Origin: an uncultured Gammaproteobacteria bacterium
GTDB taxonomy: Bacteria; Patescibacteriota; Microgenomatia; UBA8517
Direction: 5' to 3'
Assembly: GCA_964583685.1 (NCBI GenBank)
Contig: CAZOVJ010000002.1
Coordinates: forward strand, 277,862 to 341,861
Length of the DNA: 64,000 bases
Below are positions 28,166 to 37,970 of this stretch, one piece after another. A program made the position numbers and the translations under genes. The notes beneath the pieces are model-generated. The model was not told the DNA's origin and did not search any database. It saw only the letters and a program-made list of their open reading frames with translations. Positions within the stretch are counted from its first letter, which is position 1. Every line of letters begins with the position of its first letter.

Positions 28166-30499
28166 ATGTCAGAAATATTATCAATTAATATTGGAGCAAT
28201 ATTAATAATGGTATTGTTTGTTGGTCTAGTAGTTATTTGTCTTCTGGGATTGGGATTTATTCTTTTTACATTTTTTCGTTTTCGAGGAAGAGAAAAACGC
28301 TCTCTTGATTCAGTTCTTCTCCGGGTGGCTGTTCCTCATGGTAATGAGGTGAAGATTGATGCCATGGAGCAGTTGTTTGCCGCCCTCTTCTCCATTAAAA
28401 AAGGCGGTTGGAAGCAAAAACTTTCCGTTCAACCAACAATTTCATTCGAAATAGTTGCCCTGGCCGAGGATATCAAGTTTTATGTTTGGACACCCAAGAA
28501 ACTGCAAGACCTAATTGAAAAGCAGATACAAGGTGCCCACCCAGATGCAGAGGTTTTAGAGGTTCCAGAATATGATATTTTCCCAGAAAAGGGAAAGGTG
28601 GTCTATAAATCTTTTCAATTAAGCAAAGAGAATTATTACCCAATTAAAGTCTATAAAGATTTACCAACAGACCCCCTGGCTTCCTTGACTTCAGCCCTGG
28701 CCAAAATGGAGAAAGGGGAAGCAGCCGCTATTCAGATTTTGGTCTCACCTGCAGATTCCAAATGGCAAAAAAGGGGTGCTGATTTTATCTCAGAAACAAA
28801 AAAGAGGGAATCAGACCCAGAAGGGGCTAAGTTTTCTGTTCCCGCCAAGACATTGGAAGCAATAGAGTCAAAAGTAGGCAAACCCGGTTTTCAGGTTGCA
28901 GCTAGAATTGTTGTTGTTGCTTCTCAAAAAGAAAAAGCAGATATGCACCTGAAGAACATCTCTGGTACTTTTGCTCAGTTTTCCAGCGAATTGAATAGTT
29001 TTAAGGCTAGAAAAATTAGAAGAAGGGGAGCTTTTATGGATAATTTTCTTTACCGCTATCAGCCAATGTTTCATTTTTTGGGCAATAGGCTTTCTATTTT
29101 AAATTCAGAAGAGATGGCAACGATTTTTCACTTTCCCAACAAACAAGTTACTACCCCGCATATTTACTGGATTTACGCCAAGACAGCGCCTGCTTCAGCC
29201 AAGATTCCCAAAAAGGGGCTTTATCTAGGAGAGAGTAGATATCGGGGAATTGCCAGACCTGTTCATATAGAGGAAGAGGACCGGCGTCGCCATATTTATG
29301 TTATTGGCAAAACTGGAGTGGGAAAATCACAACTTCTCAAAGACCTTATTATTCAGGACATTAAGGCAGGCAAGGGTGTTTGTTTTATCGACCCCCACGA
29401 TACTATTGAGCAGCTTCTTCCCCTTATCCCGCCGGAGAGAGTGGAAGATGTGATATATTTTTATCCTGGAGATACGCAGAGGCCGATGGGCTTAAATCTT
29501 CTTGAGGCAGAAACCGAGGACCAGAGACATTTTGCTGCCACTGCTGTTATTAATATGATGTACAAACTTTTCGACCCTTACAAAACCGGTATTGTTGGAC
29601 CGCGCTTTGAGCATGCCGTAAGAAATGCCATGCTTACGGCCATGGTTGAAGGGGGGTCAACCTTTGTTGAGGTGGTCCGTATCTTAACCGATGCCAAATT
29701 TGTTAATGAGCTTTTACCTAAGGTAAAGGATCCAATGGTCCGTCGCTATTGGACAGACCAGATTGCTCATACAGCAGAATTTCACAAGTCTGAAGTTCTT
29801 GATTATATAGTTTCCAAATTTGGCCGCTTTGTTACCAACCGGATTATAAGAAACATTATTGGCCAATCCAAAAGCTCTTTCAATTTCCGGGAAGTGATGG
29901 ACCAAGGCAAAATTCTCCTCATAAATTTAGCCAAAGGAGAAATTGGAGAGGAAAACTCTAATTTTTTGGGTTTAATTTTAGTCCCTCGAATTTTGATGGC
30001 CGCCATGAGTAGGCAAAATGTTCCTGAAGAAGCAAGGCGTGATTTCTATTTGTATGTTGACGAATTTCAGAATTTTGCCACACCCGATTTTGCCCAGATT
30101 CTTTCCGAAGCCAGGAAATTTAGATTGAATCTTACTGTGGCCAATCAATTTATTGGTCAGGTAGAAGAAGAGGTCAAAAATGCTGTTTTCGGCAATGTGG
30201 GAACAATTGTCTGTTTTAGAGTCGGTGTGACTGATGCAAGCTATCTTTCTCATGAGTTTTCCACGGTTTTTGCCGAGGATGATCTTTTGAATATTGAGAG
30301 ATATCATGCCTATATCAAGACGTTGGTTCACAACGAGCCTGTTCCTCCCTTCTCTATTGATCTTTACAAAGATTTGGGCCTGGAAAAAGAAATGGGCAAT
30401 CCAAAAGTTAGCAAAATCATTAAAGAGATGAGTAGACTTAAATACGGAAGAGACGTTCGCCTTGTTGAGGCAGAAATCACTCGCAGAGCTAAACTTTAA
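28166..30499 (+). CDS. TraD/VirD4/HerA-like membrane-anchored ATPase (type IV coupling protein family)
   Basis: N-terminal TM, GKTGVGKS Walker A, FIDPH, LYVDEFQNF Walker B, SEARKF. Confidence 0.88.
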   Translation: MSEILSINIGAILIMVLFVGLVVICLLGLGFILFTFFRFRGREKRSLDSVLLRVAVPHGNEVKIDAMEQLFAALFSIKKGGWKQKLSVQPTISFEIVALAEDIKFYVWTPKKLQDLIEKQIQGAHPDAEVLEVPEYDIFPEKGKVVYKSFQLSKENYYPIKVYKDLPTDPLASLTSALAKMEKGEAAAIQILVSPADSKWQKRGADFISETKKRESDPEGAKFSVPAKTLEAIESKVGKPGFQVAARIVVVASQKEKADMHLKNISGTFAQFSSELNSFKARKIRRRGAFMDNFLYRYQPMFHFLGNRLSILNSEEMATIFHFPNKQVTTPHIYWIYAKTAPASAKIPKKGLYLGESRYRGIARPVHIEEEDRRRHIYVIGKTGVGKSQLLKDLIIQDIKAGKGVCFIDPHDTIEQLLPLIPPERVEDVIYFYPGDTQRPMGLNLLEAETEDQRHFAATAVINMMYKLFDPYKTGIVGPRFEHAVRNAMLTAMVEGGSTFVEVVRILTDAKFVNELLPKVKDPMVRRYWTDQIAHTAEFHKSEVLDYIVSKFGRFVTNRIIRNIIGQSKSSFNFREVMDQGKILLINLAKGEIGEENSNFLGLILVPRILMAAMSRQNVPEEARRDFYLYVDEFQNFATPDFAQILSEARKFRLNLTVANQFIGQVEEEVKNAVFGNVGTIVCFRVGVTDASYLSHEFSTVFAEDDLLNIERYHAYIKTLVHNEPVPPFSIDLYKDLGLEKEMGNPKVSKIIKEMSRLKYGRDVRLVEAEITRRAKL

Positions 30500-30502
30500 A
30501 AA

Positions 30503-31363
30503 ATGGCCAAAATCGGGATCATTGGCTGGGGAGTTGTGGGCCAAGCAACGGGTAAAGCTTTCTCAAAGACCCACGAAGTTTTATGGAACGATCCTGCTTA
30601 TAAATCTTCGACATTTCTTAATAAACTCATAGATAAATCAGAATATATTTTTGTTTGTGTGCCTACCCCGATGTTCTCCGATGAAAGCGGGATAGATTTA
30701 TCCATTGTTAACTCGGTTGTAAGAAAAGTTGCTCCAAAAATAAAAAATACCAATAAAGTTTTGATTATTAAGTCAAGTGTTGTTCCAGGAACGACAGCCT
30801 CTTTGGCTAAGCGCTATCCAAAGGTAAAATTTGCCATGAACCCTGAGTTTTTAACAGAAATAAACGCTCCTTGGGATTTTATTCATACAGACAGAGTTGT
30901 AGTTGGAGCTTTTGATGAGGGAGTTGCAGCTAGAATTGCAAAAATCCACTGGGATATAGTGGGATACAAAGTCAAAATATTCTTAACAGATCCGACAACG
31001 GCCGAGATGGCCAAATATATGAGCAATACTTTTATGGCGGCGAAGGTGATATTTGCTAATGAGATGCATGAATTAGCGGAAAAACTGGGAATAAATTATG
31101 ACGAAGTAAAAGAGATAGTTGCTGCGGATAAAAGAATTGAAACGTCATTTTTGAAAGTAACTTCTTTTATGGGTTTTGGAGGGAAATGCTTTCCAAAAGA
31201 TATCGTTGCCCTTTTAGGACTGGCAAAGAAATTGAAAGTAGATTTAACTGTTTTAAAAGCAGTCTGGAAAAAGAATCTAAAAATTAGAAAGATAAAGGAC
31301 TGGGAAGAGATTGATGGAGCAGTGAATTTTAAGAAGAGAAAACGTTCTTCAAAAAAGAAGTAA
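30503..31363 (+). CDS. UDP-glucose/GDP-mannose dehydrogenase family protein (short form)
   Basis: GWGVVG, CVPTP, KSSVVPGT, NPEFL, GFGGKCFPKD. Confidence 0.88.
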   Translation: MAKIGIIGWGVVGQATGKAFSKTHEVLWNDPAYKSSTFLNKLIDKSEYIFVCVPTPMFSDESGIDLSIVNSVVRKVAPKIKNTNKVLIIKSSVVPGTTASLAKRYPKVKFAMNPEFLTEINAPWDFIHTDRVVVGAFDEGVAARIAKIHWDIVGYKVKIFLTDPTTAEMAKYMSNTFMAAKVIFANEMHELAEKLGINYDEVKEIVAADKRIETSFLKVTSFMGFGGKCFPKDIVALLGLAKKLKVDLTVLKAVWKKNLKIRKIKDWEEIDGAVNFKKRKRSSKKK

Positions 31364-31407
31364 ACTTCTCATACACCTGCCCATTTTGGTATAATAGCTT
31401 TAGTTTA

Positions 31408-31480
31408 GCACCCGTAGCTCAGTGGTTAGAGCGCGTGTCTTATAAACACGAGGTCCTTGGTTCGATACCAAGCGGGTGCA
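31408..31480 (+). tRNA. tRNA-Ile(UAU)
   Basis: Cloverleaf: GCACCCG/CGGGTGC acceptor, CGTGT-CT-TAT-AA-ACACG anticodon arm, TTCGATA T-loop; CCA not encoded; TGGTATAAT upstream. Confidence 0.9.
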
Positions 31481-31511
31481 CTAAGTTGCTTTTTGACATG
31501 TAGCCAGGAGT

Positions 31512-32375
31512 TTACAATTCTTCAAGAACCTGTTTTTTCCCCGGTTCTTTGATTTCAGCCAGTTCAAGGTAACGTTCGGTTGTTGAAAGTCTCTTATGGC
31601 CGACTACTTGGGAAACGGTCACCAGGTCAATGCCCCTTTTTAGGTTTTCCACCATGAATGTTGTTCTTAAATCATTAACCGAAAAACCAGAGATTCCCGC
31701 CTTTTGCATATAGCGGTCTATGGCTGCTCGAATGTTTCTTATTGCTAAGGGCCTGCCGTTTTTACTAATAAATACAAAAGGAGAACTGGTTTTAATCCGA
31801 TTCTTTAAATAGTTATCCAGAGCCTTTTTCCCAGGGCGGTTAAGAGGAACTGTTCTTTGAGGTTGTGTTGCGTAAGCCTCAATGATAATTTCATTACTTT
31901 TTATATTTTCGAGTTTTAAGTTAGCCACTTCAGAAATTCTCATTCCAGTTTGGAGAATAAGCTCAATAATGGCGGCAACCCGGATATCTGTTCGGGCAAC
32001 ATCTCTTAATGCCCGGTATTCAAGTTGAGAAAGAAATTTGGGAACTGAGATTTCTATTTTGGGATGGCTAACTTCTTTTGATGGGTCTTCTTTGATAACA
32101 CCCTCTATCTTTAGCCATCTAAAAAATGTTTTAATGGCATTGAGCTTTCTTGAGGTTGATTTGGGGGTGTACTTTTCCGCCAAAAGCCAGTTTTTGAATT
32201 CTTCCAAATAGTCCGGTCTTACCTGGCTGACCAGAACAGTATTTTTTTGTTCTAAAAATGAAATTAACTGTTCAAGGTCCGTTCCATAGGCTAAAATTGT
32301 TGAAGGAGAACGCCCTTTCTCTTTTAGATTTTTAGTAAAAGTAGGAAGCAGTTTTTTAAGTGGTTTTTCTGCCAT
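31512..32375 (-). CDS. XerC/XerD-like tyrosine recombinase
   Basis: SAM-like N-domain, TGMRISE, NDLRTT (H to N in HxxR), VGHKRLSTTERY. Confidence 0.88.
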   Translation of the reverse strand: MAEKPLKKLLPTFTKNLKEKGRSPSTILAYGTDLEQLISFLEQKNTVLVSQVRPDYLEEFKNWLLAEKYTPKSTSRKLNAIKTFFRWLKIEGVIKEDPSKEVSHPKIEISVPKFLSQLEYRALRDVARTDIRVAAIIELILQTGMRISEVANLKLENIKSNEIIIEAYATQPQRTVPLNRPGKKALDNYLKNRIKTSSPFVFISKNGRPLAIRNIRAAIDRYMQKAGISGFSVNDLRTTFMVENLKRGIDLVTVSQVVGHKRLSTTERYLELAEIKEPGKKQVLEEL

Positions 32376-32447
32376 AATCTTTTTTTCTGTTATTAGATGT
32401 CCTATATAATAACATAAATCTGAGAAAGGTCAATATTATAGGTATCC

Positions 32448-32852
32448 ATGTTTGAGAATTTAGCGGACAAGCTCAAGTCTAAAATGCATGAGTTTATTCC
32501 TTATGTTTTACTTCTTACAGCCTTGTTTTTGGCATTTTCTGTTGTCCGCAATGTCTTTAAAATTTTAAAGGCAGGGGAGAGAATAAGGCAGGAAAGAGAG
32601 AAAGTAGAGGAGTTGAGACTTGAGAATGAGGGACTGAAGGAGGAAGTTAAACTTGTTCAAGGACAAGAATTTTTAGAAAAACAGGCAAGAGATAAATTGG
32701 GTTTGGCCAAAGAAGGAGAGATTGTTTTAGTTCTGCCCGAAAAGGAGACACTTAAACTGTTCATCCTGGAGACAAAAGAGGAAAAAGAAACATTACCTGA
32801 CCCAAATTGGAAAAAATGGTTGAAATTGTTTTTTTCTAACTTCTGGCCCTGA
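32448..32852 (+). CDS. Septum formation initiator (FtsB/DivIC family)
   Basis: TM plus coiled coil, EKQARDKLGLAKEGE. Confidence 0.85.
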   Translation: MFENLADKLKSKMHEFIPYVLLLTALFLAFSVVRNVFKILKAGERIRQEREKVEELRLENEGLKEEVKLVQGQEFLEKQARDKLGLAKEGEIVLVLPEKETLKLFILETKEEKETLPDPNWKKWLKLFFSNFWP

Positions 32853-32916
32853 GTTTGCAGTTTAGCTTGGAAATTGATATTATTGTTTCTGCAATAAGCT
32901 TGATAGATAGGCTATG

Positions 32917-32989
32917 TGCGGGGTAGTGTAGGGTTGCACGGGAGGCTCATAATCTCCCAGACTAGGTTCGACTCCTAGCCCCGCAACCA
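32917..32989 (+). tRNA. tRNA with CAU anticodon (possible atypical initiator Met)
   Basis: TGCGGGG/CCCCGCA acceptor plus A-CCA, GGAGG-CTCATAA-TCTCC arm, CTAGG-TTCGACT-CCTAG T-arm. Confidence 0.85.
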
Positions 32990-33061
32990 GCTAGGGTAGC
33001 TCAGGGGCAGAGCAATCGTTTCATAAGCGATAGGTCGTGGGTTCGAATCCCACTCCTAGCA
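32990..33061 (+). tRNA. tRNA-Met(CAU), likely elongator
   Basis: GCTAGGG/TCCTAGC acceptor, ATCGT-TTCATAA-GCGAT arm, GTGGG-TTCGAAT-CCCAC; starts immediately after the preceding CCA. Confidence 0.88.
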
Positions 33062-33075
33062 CTTCCTCCTGGAAT

Positions 33076-34062
33076 ATGCTCAGAAAAAAAAGGGTTTTAT
33101 CAGGTATTAGGGCAACCGGCAGACTGCATTTGGGAAATTATCTGGGTGCGGTTAAGGGTATGTTGGCCTTACAAAAGAATCCTGATTATGAAACTTTTTA
33201 TATGGTGGCGGATCTCCATTCTCTAACCACCCCCTATGAACCTGAGAGGCTGAAGACAGATATTGATGAGGTAGTTTTAGATTATCTTGCGGCCGGCCTT
33301 GACCCCAAAAAAAGCGCTATCTTTATTCAATCGCATGTTCCAGAACATGTAGAGCTGGCTTATCTTTTCTCCACTTTAGTTTCTGTAGCAAGAATGGCAC
33401 ATTTACCAACTTATAAGGAAAAGGCTAAACAATACCCCAAACATGTCACCATGGCCCTTCTTAATTATCCAGTATTAATGGCGGCCGATATCTTAATTTA
33501 TGGGGCAAACCTGGTTCCAGTGGGTATTGATCAGGAGCCGCATTTAGAAATTGCCCGAGAAATTACTCGAAAGATGAACGCTAAGTATGGTACTGATTTT
33601 CCAGAACCAAAACGCTTTGTCACAAAAGGAGGATACATTCCTAGTCTGACCGGAGGGGGCAAGATGAGTAAATCAATAGAGGGCAGCTATATTAGCTTAT
33701 CTGATGATTTGAAAGCGATTCGTAAAAAACTTGCTGCAGCTCCAACCGATAGGGGAAAAGGAAAAAGTGTTCCCAAAGAGGGTGGAGTGGTAAATCTTTT
33801 GAAGTTAGTCGAGCTTTTTCAGGGAGAAAAAAAGCGAAAGGAATATGAGAGGCAATATCTATCAGTCGGGGTTAGTTATAATAAGTTAAAGGCAGAGCTG
33901 GCAGAAGTTGTCTTTGGAGAACTCAGGCCAATTCAAAAACGCCGCTCTAAATTAGAAAGTAAATCAGGTTATTTGGAAAAGATTTTAGAATTAGGAGCCA
34001 AAAGAGCCCGAAAGATTAGCCGGCAGACTCTTTCTCAAGTCAAGAGCAAAATGGGTTTGTAG
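33076..34062 (+). CDS. trpS: Tryptophan--tRNA ligase
   Basis: HLGN, YPVLMAADIL, VGIDQ, KMSKS. Start moved to ATG 33076 because the ORF-track start lies inside the tRNA. Confidence 0.96.
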   Translation: MLRKKRVLSGIRATGRLHLGNYLGAVKGMLALQKNPDYETFYMVADLHSLTTPYEPERLKTDIDEVVLDYLAAGLDPKKSAIFIQSHVPEHVELAYLFSTLVSVARMAHLPTYKEKAKQYPKHVTMALLNYPVLMAADILIYGANLVPVGIDQEPHLEIAREITRKMNAKYGTDFPEPKRFVTKGGYIPSLTGGGKMSKSIEGSYISLSDDLKAIRKKLAAAPTDRGKGKSVPKEGGVVNLLKLVELFQGEKKRKEYERQYLSVGVSYNKLKAELAEVVFGELRPIQKRRSKLESKSGYLEKILELGAKRARKISRQTLSQVKSKMGL

Positions 34063-34071
34063 TCCTTTTCT

Positions 34072-35931
34072 ATGTTAAATAAAAAAATTGATAGAAAGAA
34101 AGGTCGACAACTGGGACTAAAGGTAAAAATAAACCTTTGGAAGATTTTACTTGCTTTTTTAATCTTTATCTTTTTAGCCCCTCTCTTTTTGGCTTTTTTT
34201 CAATCAAAGATTGATAGCGGTCAGATAGAATTATCTCAGGCATTGAACGATATCAAAGAGGATAAGATTAAGCAGGTAGTAGTTAATGAAGAAAAGCTTG
34301 TTTTTACCTATAAAGACGGTACTACTAAGATTGCCACCAAGGAGAAAAATATTAGTTTTCCCGAGCTTCTTGATAGGGCAAAAATAGACCCTGATTTAGT
34401 CAATTACAAAGTTTCTGACCAAACAGTGGCAAAGATAGTGGGTGAAATTATCAGTGTGCTTTTACCTCTCGGTCTTATGGCCGCTTTTTTCTTTTTTATA
34501 CTAAGGGCCCAGAACAAAGGAGTAAAGGATATTTTTTCTTTTGGTAGAAGTAGGGCCAAACTTTTTGCTAAAGGTAAACAGTCTGTTACCTTTGCCGATG
34601 TTGCCGGGGTTGATGAAGCAAAAAAGGAACTAAAAGAGGTTGTTGATTTTTTGAAACACCCGGCCAAATATCGGAGAGTAGGTGCTCGTACTCCAAAAGG
34701 AGCACTTTTGCTAGGCCCGTCTGGCGTTGGCAAGACCTTACTTGCTCGAGCAGTGGCTGGTGAGGCGAACGTTCCCTTTTTCTCCATGGCCGGAAGTGAA
34801 TTTATGGAGATGCTGGTGGGTGTGGGTGCCTCTCGGGTAAGGGATCTTTTTGGTCAAGCTAAAGCCTCTGCCCCTTCGATTATCTTTATTGACGAAATTG
34901 ATGCCATTGGCAGACAGCGGGGAAGGGGATTTGTTGGTGGACATGATGAGCGCGAACAAACACTAAATCAAATTTTAGTTGAAATGGATGGATTTACCCC
35001 CAATGATAATGTTATCGTTGTTGCCGCTACCAACCGCGGAGATTTATTAGACCCTGCTCTTTTACGACCAGGAAGGTTTGATCGCAGAATTAGTCTGGAT
35101 ATGCCGGACAGAGAAGGGAGAAAGGCAATTTTACTGATTCATGCACGAGGTAAAAAATTCAGAAAGGATATTGATTGGGAAAGAGTGGCCAATAGAACAG
35201 TTGGCTTTTCAGGAGCGGACTTGGAAAATATGCTCAATGAAGCAGCCATTCTTACGGCAAGAGATAATAAACTGGAAATCAAGATGGACGATATTGAAGA
35301 AGCGGCCACTAAGGTAAAATTGGGTCCGGCCAAGAAGAAACTTCAGAGCGAAGAAGATAGAAAAATTACTGCCTATCATGAAGCTGGTCATGCTATTGTT
35401 TCCCATAATCTGAGCAAAACAGACCCTGTTCATCGGATTTCAATTGTTGCCCGGGGCATAAGCTTGGGCTTTACCCTAATTCCGCCCTCTAGGGATAGGG
35501 TTCATGAAACAAAATCTCGCCTAATTGAACAGGTAATTGCCATGATGGGTGGAAGGGCAGCTGAGGAGGTTGTTTTTTCTGAGATGACTTCTGGTGCTGC
35601 CAGTGATATCCAGCAAGCAACAAAGATAGCCAGGGCAATGGTTATTGATTTTGGCATGAGCCCCTTGGGACCAATTAATCTAGGGCCTCAGATAGAATAT
35701 GGAGAACTTGGCAGACCCGGTTGGTTTGAACCCTCACAATTATCTCCGGGCATGCAGGAAAAGGTCGATATAGAAGTAAAGAGGATAGTTGATTCTTGTT
35801 ATAAGAAAGCGATTGAGATAGTCAAGGATAAGAGAAAGGATTTGGACAAGGTGGTTCAGGCTTTACTGAAAAAGGAAAATCTGGACAAGGAGGATTTTGA
35901 GAAAATTGTCGGCAAGAAGCCTACGAAGTGA
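34072..35931 (+). CDS. ftsH: ATP-dependent zinc metalloprotease FtsH
   Basis: Two TMs, [26 protein letters not shown]. Confidence 0.97.
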   Translation: MLNKKIDRKKGRQLGLKVKINLWKILLAFLIFIFLAPLFLAFFQSKIDSGQIELSQALNDIKEDKIKQVVVNEEKLVFTYKDGTTKIATKEKNISFPELLDRAKIDPDLVNYKVSDQTVAKIVGEIISVLLPLGLMAAFFFFILRAQNKGVKDIFSFGRSRAKLFAKGKQSVTFADVAGVDEAKKELKEVVDFLKHPAKYRRVGARTPKGALLLGPSGVGKTLLARAVAGEANVPFFSMAGSEFMEMLVGVGASRVRDLFGQAKASAPSIIFIDEIDAIGRQRGRGFVGGHDEREQTLNQILVEMDGFTPNDNVIVVAATNRGDLLDPALLRPGRFDRRISLDMPDREGRKAILLIHARGKKFRKDIDWERVANRTVGFSGADLENMLNEAAILTARDNKLEIKMDDIEEAATKVKLGPAKKKLQSEEDRKITAYHEAGHAIVSHNLSKTDPVHRISIVARGISLGFTLIPPSRDRVHETKSRLIEQVIAMMGGRAAEEVVFSEMTSGAASDIQQATKIARAMVIDFGMSPLGPINLGPQIEYGELGRPGWFEPSQLSPGMQEKVDIEVKRIVDSCYKKAIEIVKDKRKDLDKVVQALLKKENLDKEDFEKIVGKKPTK

Positions 35932-35937
35932 TTTTTT

Positions 35938-36843
35938 ATGTCTAAACTTCTTCTTTTGGACGGGAACGCCATTCTTCATCGGGCTTATCACGCCTTGCCG
36001 CCTTTAACCAGCAAAAAGGGAAAGCAGATAAATGCAGTTTATGGATTTATTACCATGCTTCTTAGGGTGATTGTTGATTTAAAACCGACCCATATTGCCG
36101 TAGCCTTTGACAGCAAGAAACCAACCTTCAGGCACAAGGTATATCGTCAATATCAGGCCCAGAGACCGAAGATGAAGCCAGAGTTGGCCGGTCAGTTTAA
36201 GATTATCAAAAGGGTTTTGAAGGCCTTTGCCATTCCAACCTACTCACTTGTCGGTTATGAGGCGGATGATGTTATTGGCACAATTGCCCGGCAGGCTAAA
36301 TCAAAACCTAAAATTGATGAGGTTATAATTGTTACCGGTGACCAGGATATTTTGCAGCTGGTGGGCAGAGGGGTGAAGGTTTATATGCCGATTAGGGGTT
36401 TGTCCCAGGCAAAGCTTTTTGGAACCCGAGCGGTAAAAGAAAGATTGACTATTCTTCCTTCTCAGATTATTGACTATAAAGCCCTTGTCGGCGACCCTTC
36501 TGATAATTATCCAGGTGTTCCTGGTATTGGGCCGAAAACGGCAGTTGAGCTTTTGGCAAAATATAAGAATCTTGAGACAATATATGAAAATCTTGATAAG
36601 ATTCCAGAAAGTATAAGAAAGAAATTAATTAAAGGAGAGGAACTAGCCTGGCTTTCAAAGAAATTGGCAACGATTGTCATCAAACTACCGATTAAGCTGG
36701 ATTTAAGAGAAGCAAAAAAATGGGATGTCCAGAGAGAAGAAGCAATCAATCTCTTTGGTGATTTAGGTTTTAAAACTTTAAGCAAAAGAGTTGAAAAATT
36801 TGGCAAACAGCTTAATAAACAAGGACAGTTGACTTTAGTCTGA
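35938..36843 (+). CDS. Standalone 5'-3' exonuclease / flap endonuclease (PolA N-terminal domain)
   Basis: LLDGN, YEADD, TGDQD, GDPSDNYPGVPGIGPKTA; no polymerase domain. Confidence 0.92.
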   Translation: MSKLLLLDGNAILHRAYHALPPLTSKKGKQINAVYGFITMLLRVIVDLKPTHIAVAFDSKKPTFRHKVYRQYQAQRPKMKPELAGQFKIIKRVLKAFAIPTYSLVGYEADDVIGTIARQAKSKPKIDEVIIVTGDQDILQLVGRGVKVYMPIRGLSQAKLFGTRAVKERLTILPSQIIDYKALVGDPSDNYPGVPGIGPKTAVELLAKYKNLETIYENLDKIPESIRKKLIKGEELAWLSKKLATIVIKLPIKLDLREAKKWDVQREEAINLFGDLGFKTLSKRVEKFGKQLNKQGQLTLV

Positions 36844-36851
36844 TAAATGAA

Positions 36852-37970
36852 ATGAAAATAGCTCTAGTCCATGATTATTTAAAAGAATATGGTGGTGCCG
36901 AAAGAGTACTTGAGGCTCTCCATGAAATCTGGCCCAAAGCCCCGGTTTTTACCACTATCTATTTGCCAAAATATCTTGGACCCCATAGAAAAAGATTTAA
37001 GAAATGGACAATAAAGTCTTCGGTTTTGCAATATATTCCTTTTAAAGCCAAATTTATTAGTCTTTTCCGCCTGGTCACCCTCTTTATTTTTAGGACCATG
37101 GATTTTTCCGATTTTGATCTGGTTTTGGTTTCGGCGACTGGTGCCTATATTCCCAATTTAATCCCTAAAGGCCGGGCCATTCAGATTTGCTATTGCCATA
37201 CGCCGCCGCGCTATCTTTATGGTTACCCCACAGCCAGGCAGTGGAAAAAGAATCCGATTTTCAATATTCTCGGAGAAATAGCTAATCATTTTCTGAGACT
37301 GGTTGATTTTCGAGCAGCTCAAAATGTAGATTGTTTTATCGCCAATTCCCAGGAAGTTGCCAGGCGGATTAAGAAATTTTACCGCAAGAAATCCGTTGTT
37401 ATTTATCCGCCAGTGGATAGCCCCAAGCTGTTTAAGGGAAAGGGAAAGTATTATCTTGCCGGAGGTAGGCTGGCTCGACCGAAAAGAGTTGATTTAGCAG
37501 TAAAAGCCTGTACGAAACTGAAATTACCGCTTAAGGTCTTTGGCAAAGAATTTGCCGGATATGGAGAGGAGTTGAGAAAAATGGCTGGTCCCAATATTGA
37601 ATTTTTAGGCGAGATAGAAGATAAGAAAAAATGGGAGCTCATGCTAGGGGCCAAGGCCTTTGTTTTCCCGGCCGAAAATGAGGATTTCGGCATAACTCCA
37701 GTTGAGGCCATGGCCGTGGGAACGCCGGTTATTGCCTTAGCCTCAGGTGGCGTCTTGGAAACTGTGCTAGAAGGTAGAACCGGTGTATTTTTTAACAAGC
37801 CAACAGTTACCTCGCTGGTAAGGGCGCTCAAACACTTTAATGATTTGAACAATGATACTATTAAGAGTAAATATTGTATTCAACAAGCCAGGAAGTTCTC
37901 TAAAGAAAGGTTTAAAAAAGAAATTCGAGACTTAGTTAAAGCTCAATTATGCCGGAATTACCTGAAGTAG
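36852..37970 (+). CDS. GT4 glycosyltransferase
   Basis: HDYL..GGAERV, YCHTPPRYLY, EDFGITPVEAMA. Confidence 0.92.
   Translation: MKIALVHDYLKEYGGAERVLEALHEIWPKAPVFTTIYLPKYLGPHRKRFKKWTIKSSVLQYIPFKAKFISLFRLVTLFIFRTMDFSDFDLVLVSATGAYIPNLIPKGRAIQICYCHTPPRYLYGYPTARQWKKNPIFNILGEIANHFLRLVDFRAAQNVDCFIANSQEVARRIKKFYRKKSVVIYPPVDSPKLFKGKGKYYLAGGRLARPKRVDLAVKACTKLKLPLKVFGKEFAGYGEELRKMAGPNIEFLGEIEDKKKWELMLGAKAFVFPAENEDFGITPVEAMAVGTPVIALASGGVLETVLEGRTGVFFNKPTVTSLVRALKHFNDLNNDTIKSKYCIQQARKFSKERFKKEIRDLVKAQLCRNYLK

Noticed and set aside
28166-30499. Conjugative element
   Set aside because: No relaxase, VirB4 or mating-pair genes nearby; such ATPases are commonly chromosomal in CPR.
31408-32375. Prophage or island integrated at tRNA-Ile
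   Set aside because: Flanks are core genes (ftsB-like, tRNAs, trpS) and no duplicated tRNA end was seen.
33037-33075. trpS extension MGSNPTPST
   Set aside because: This is the translated T-arm of the tRNA.
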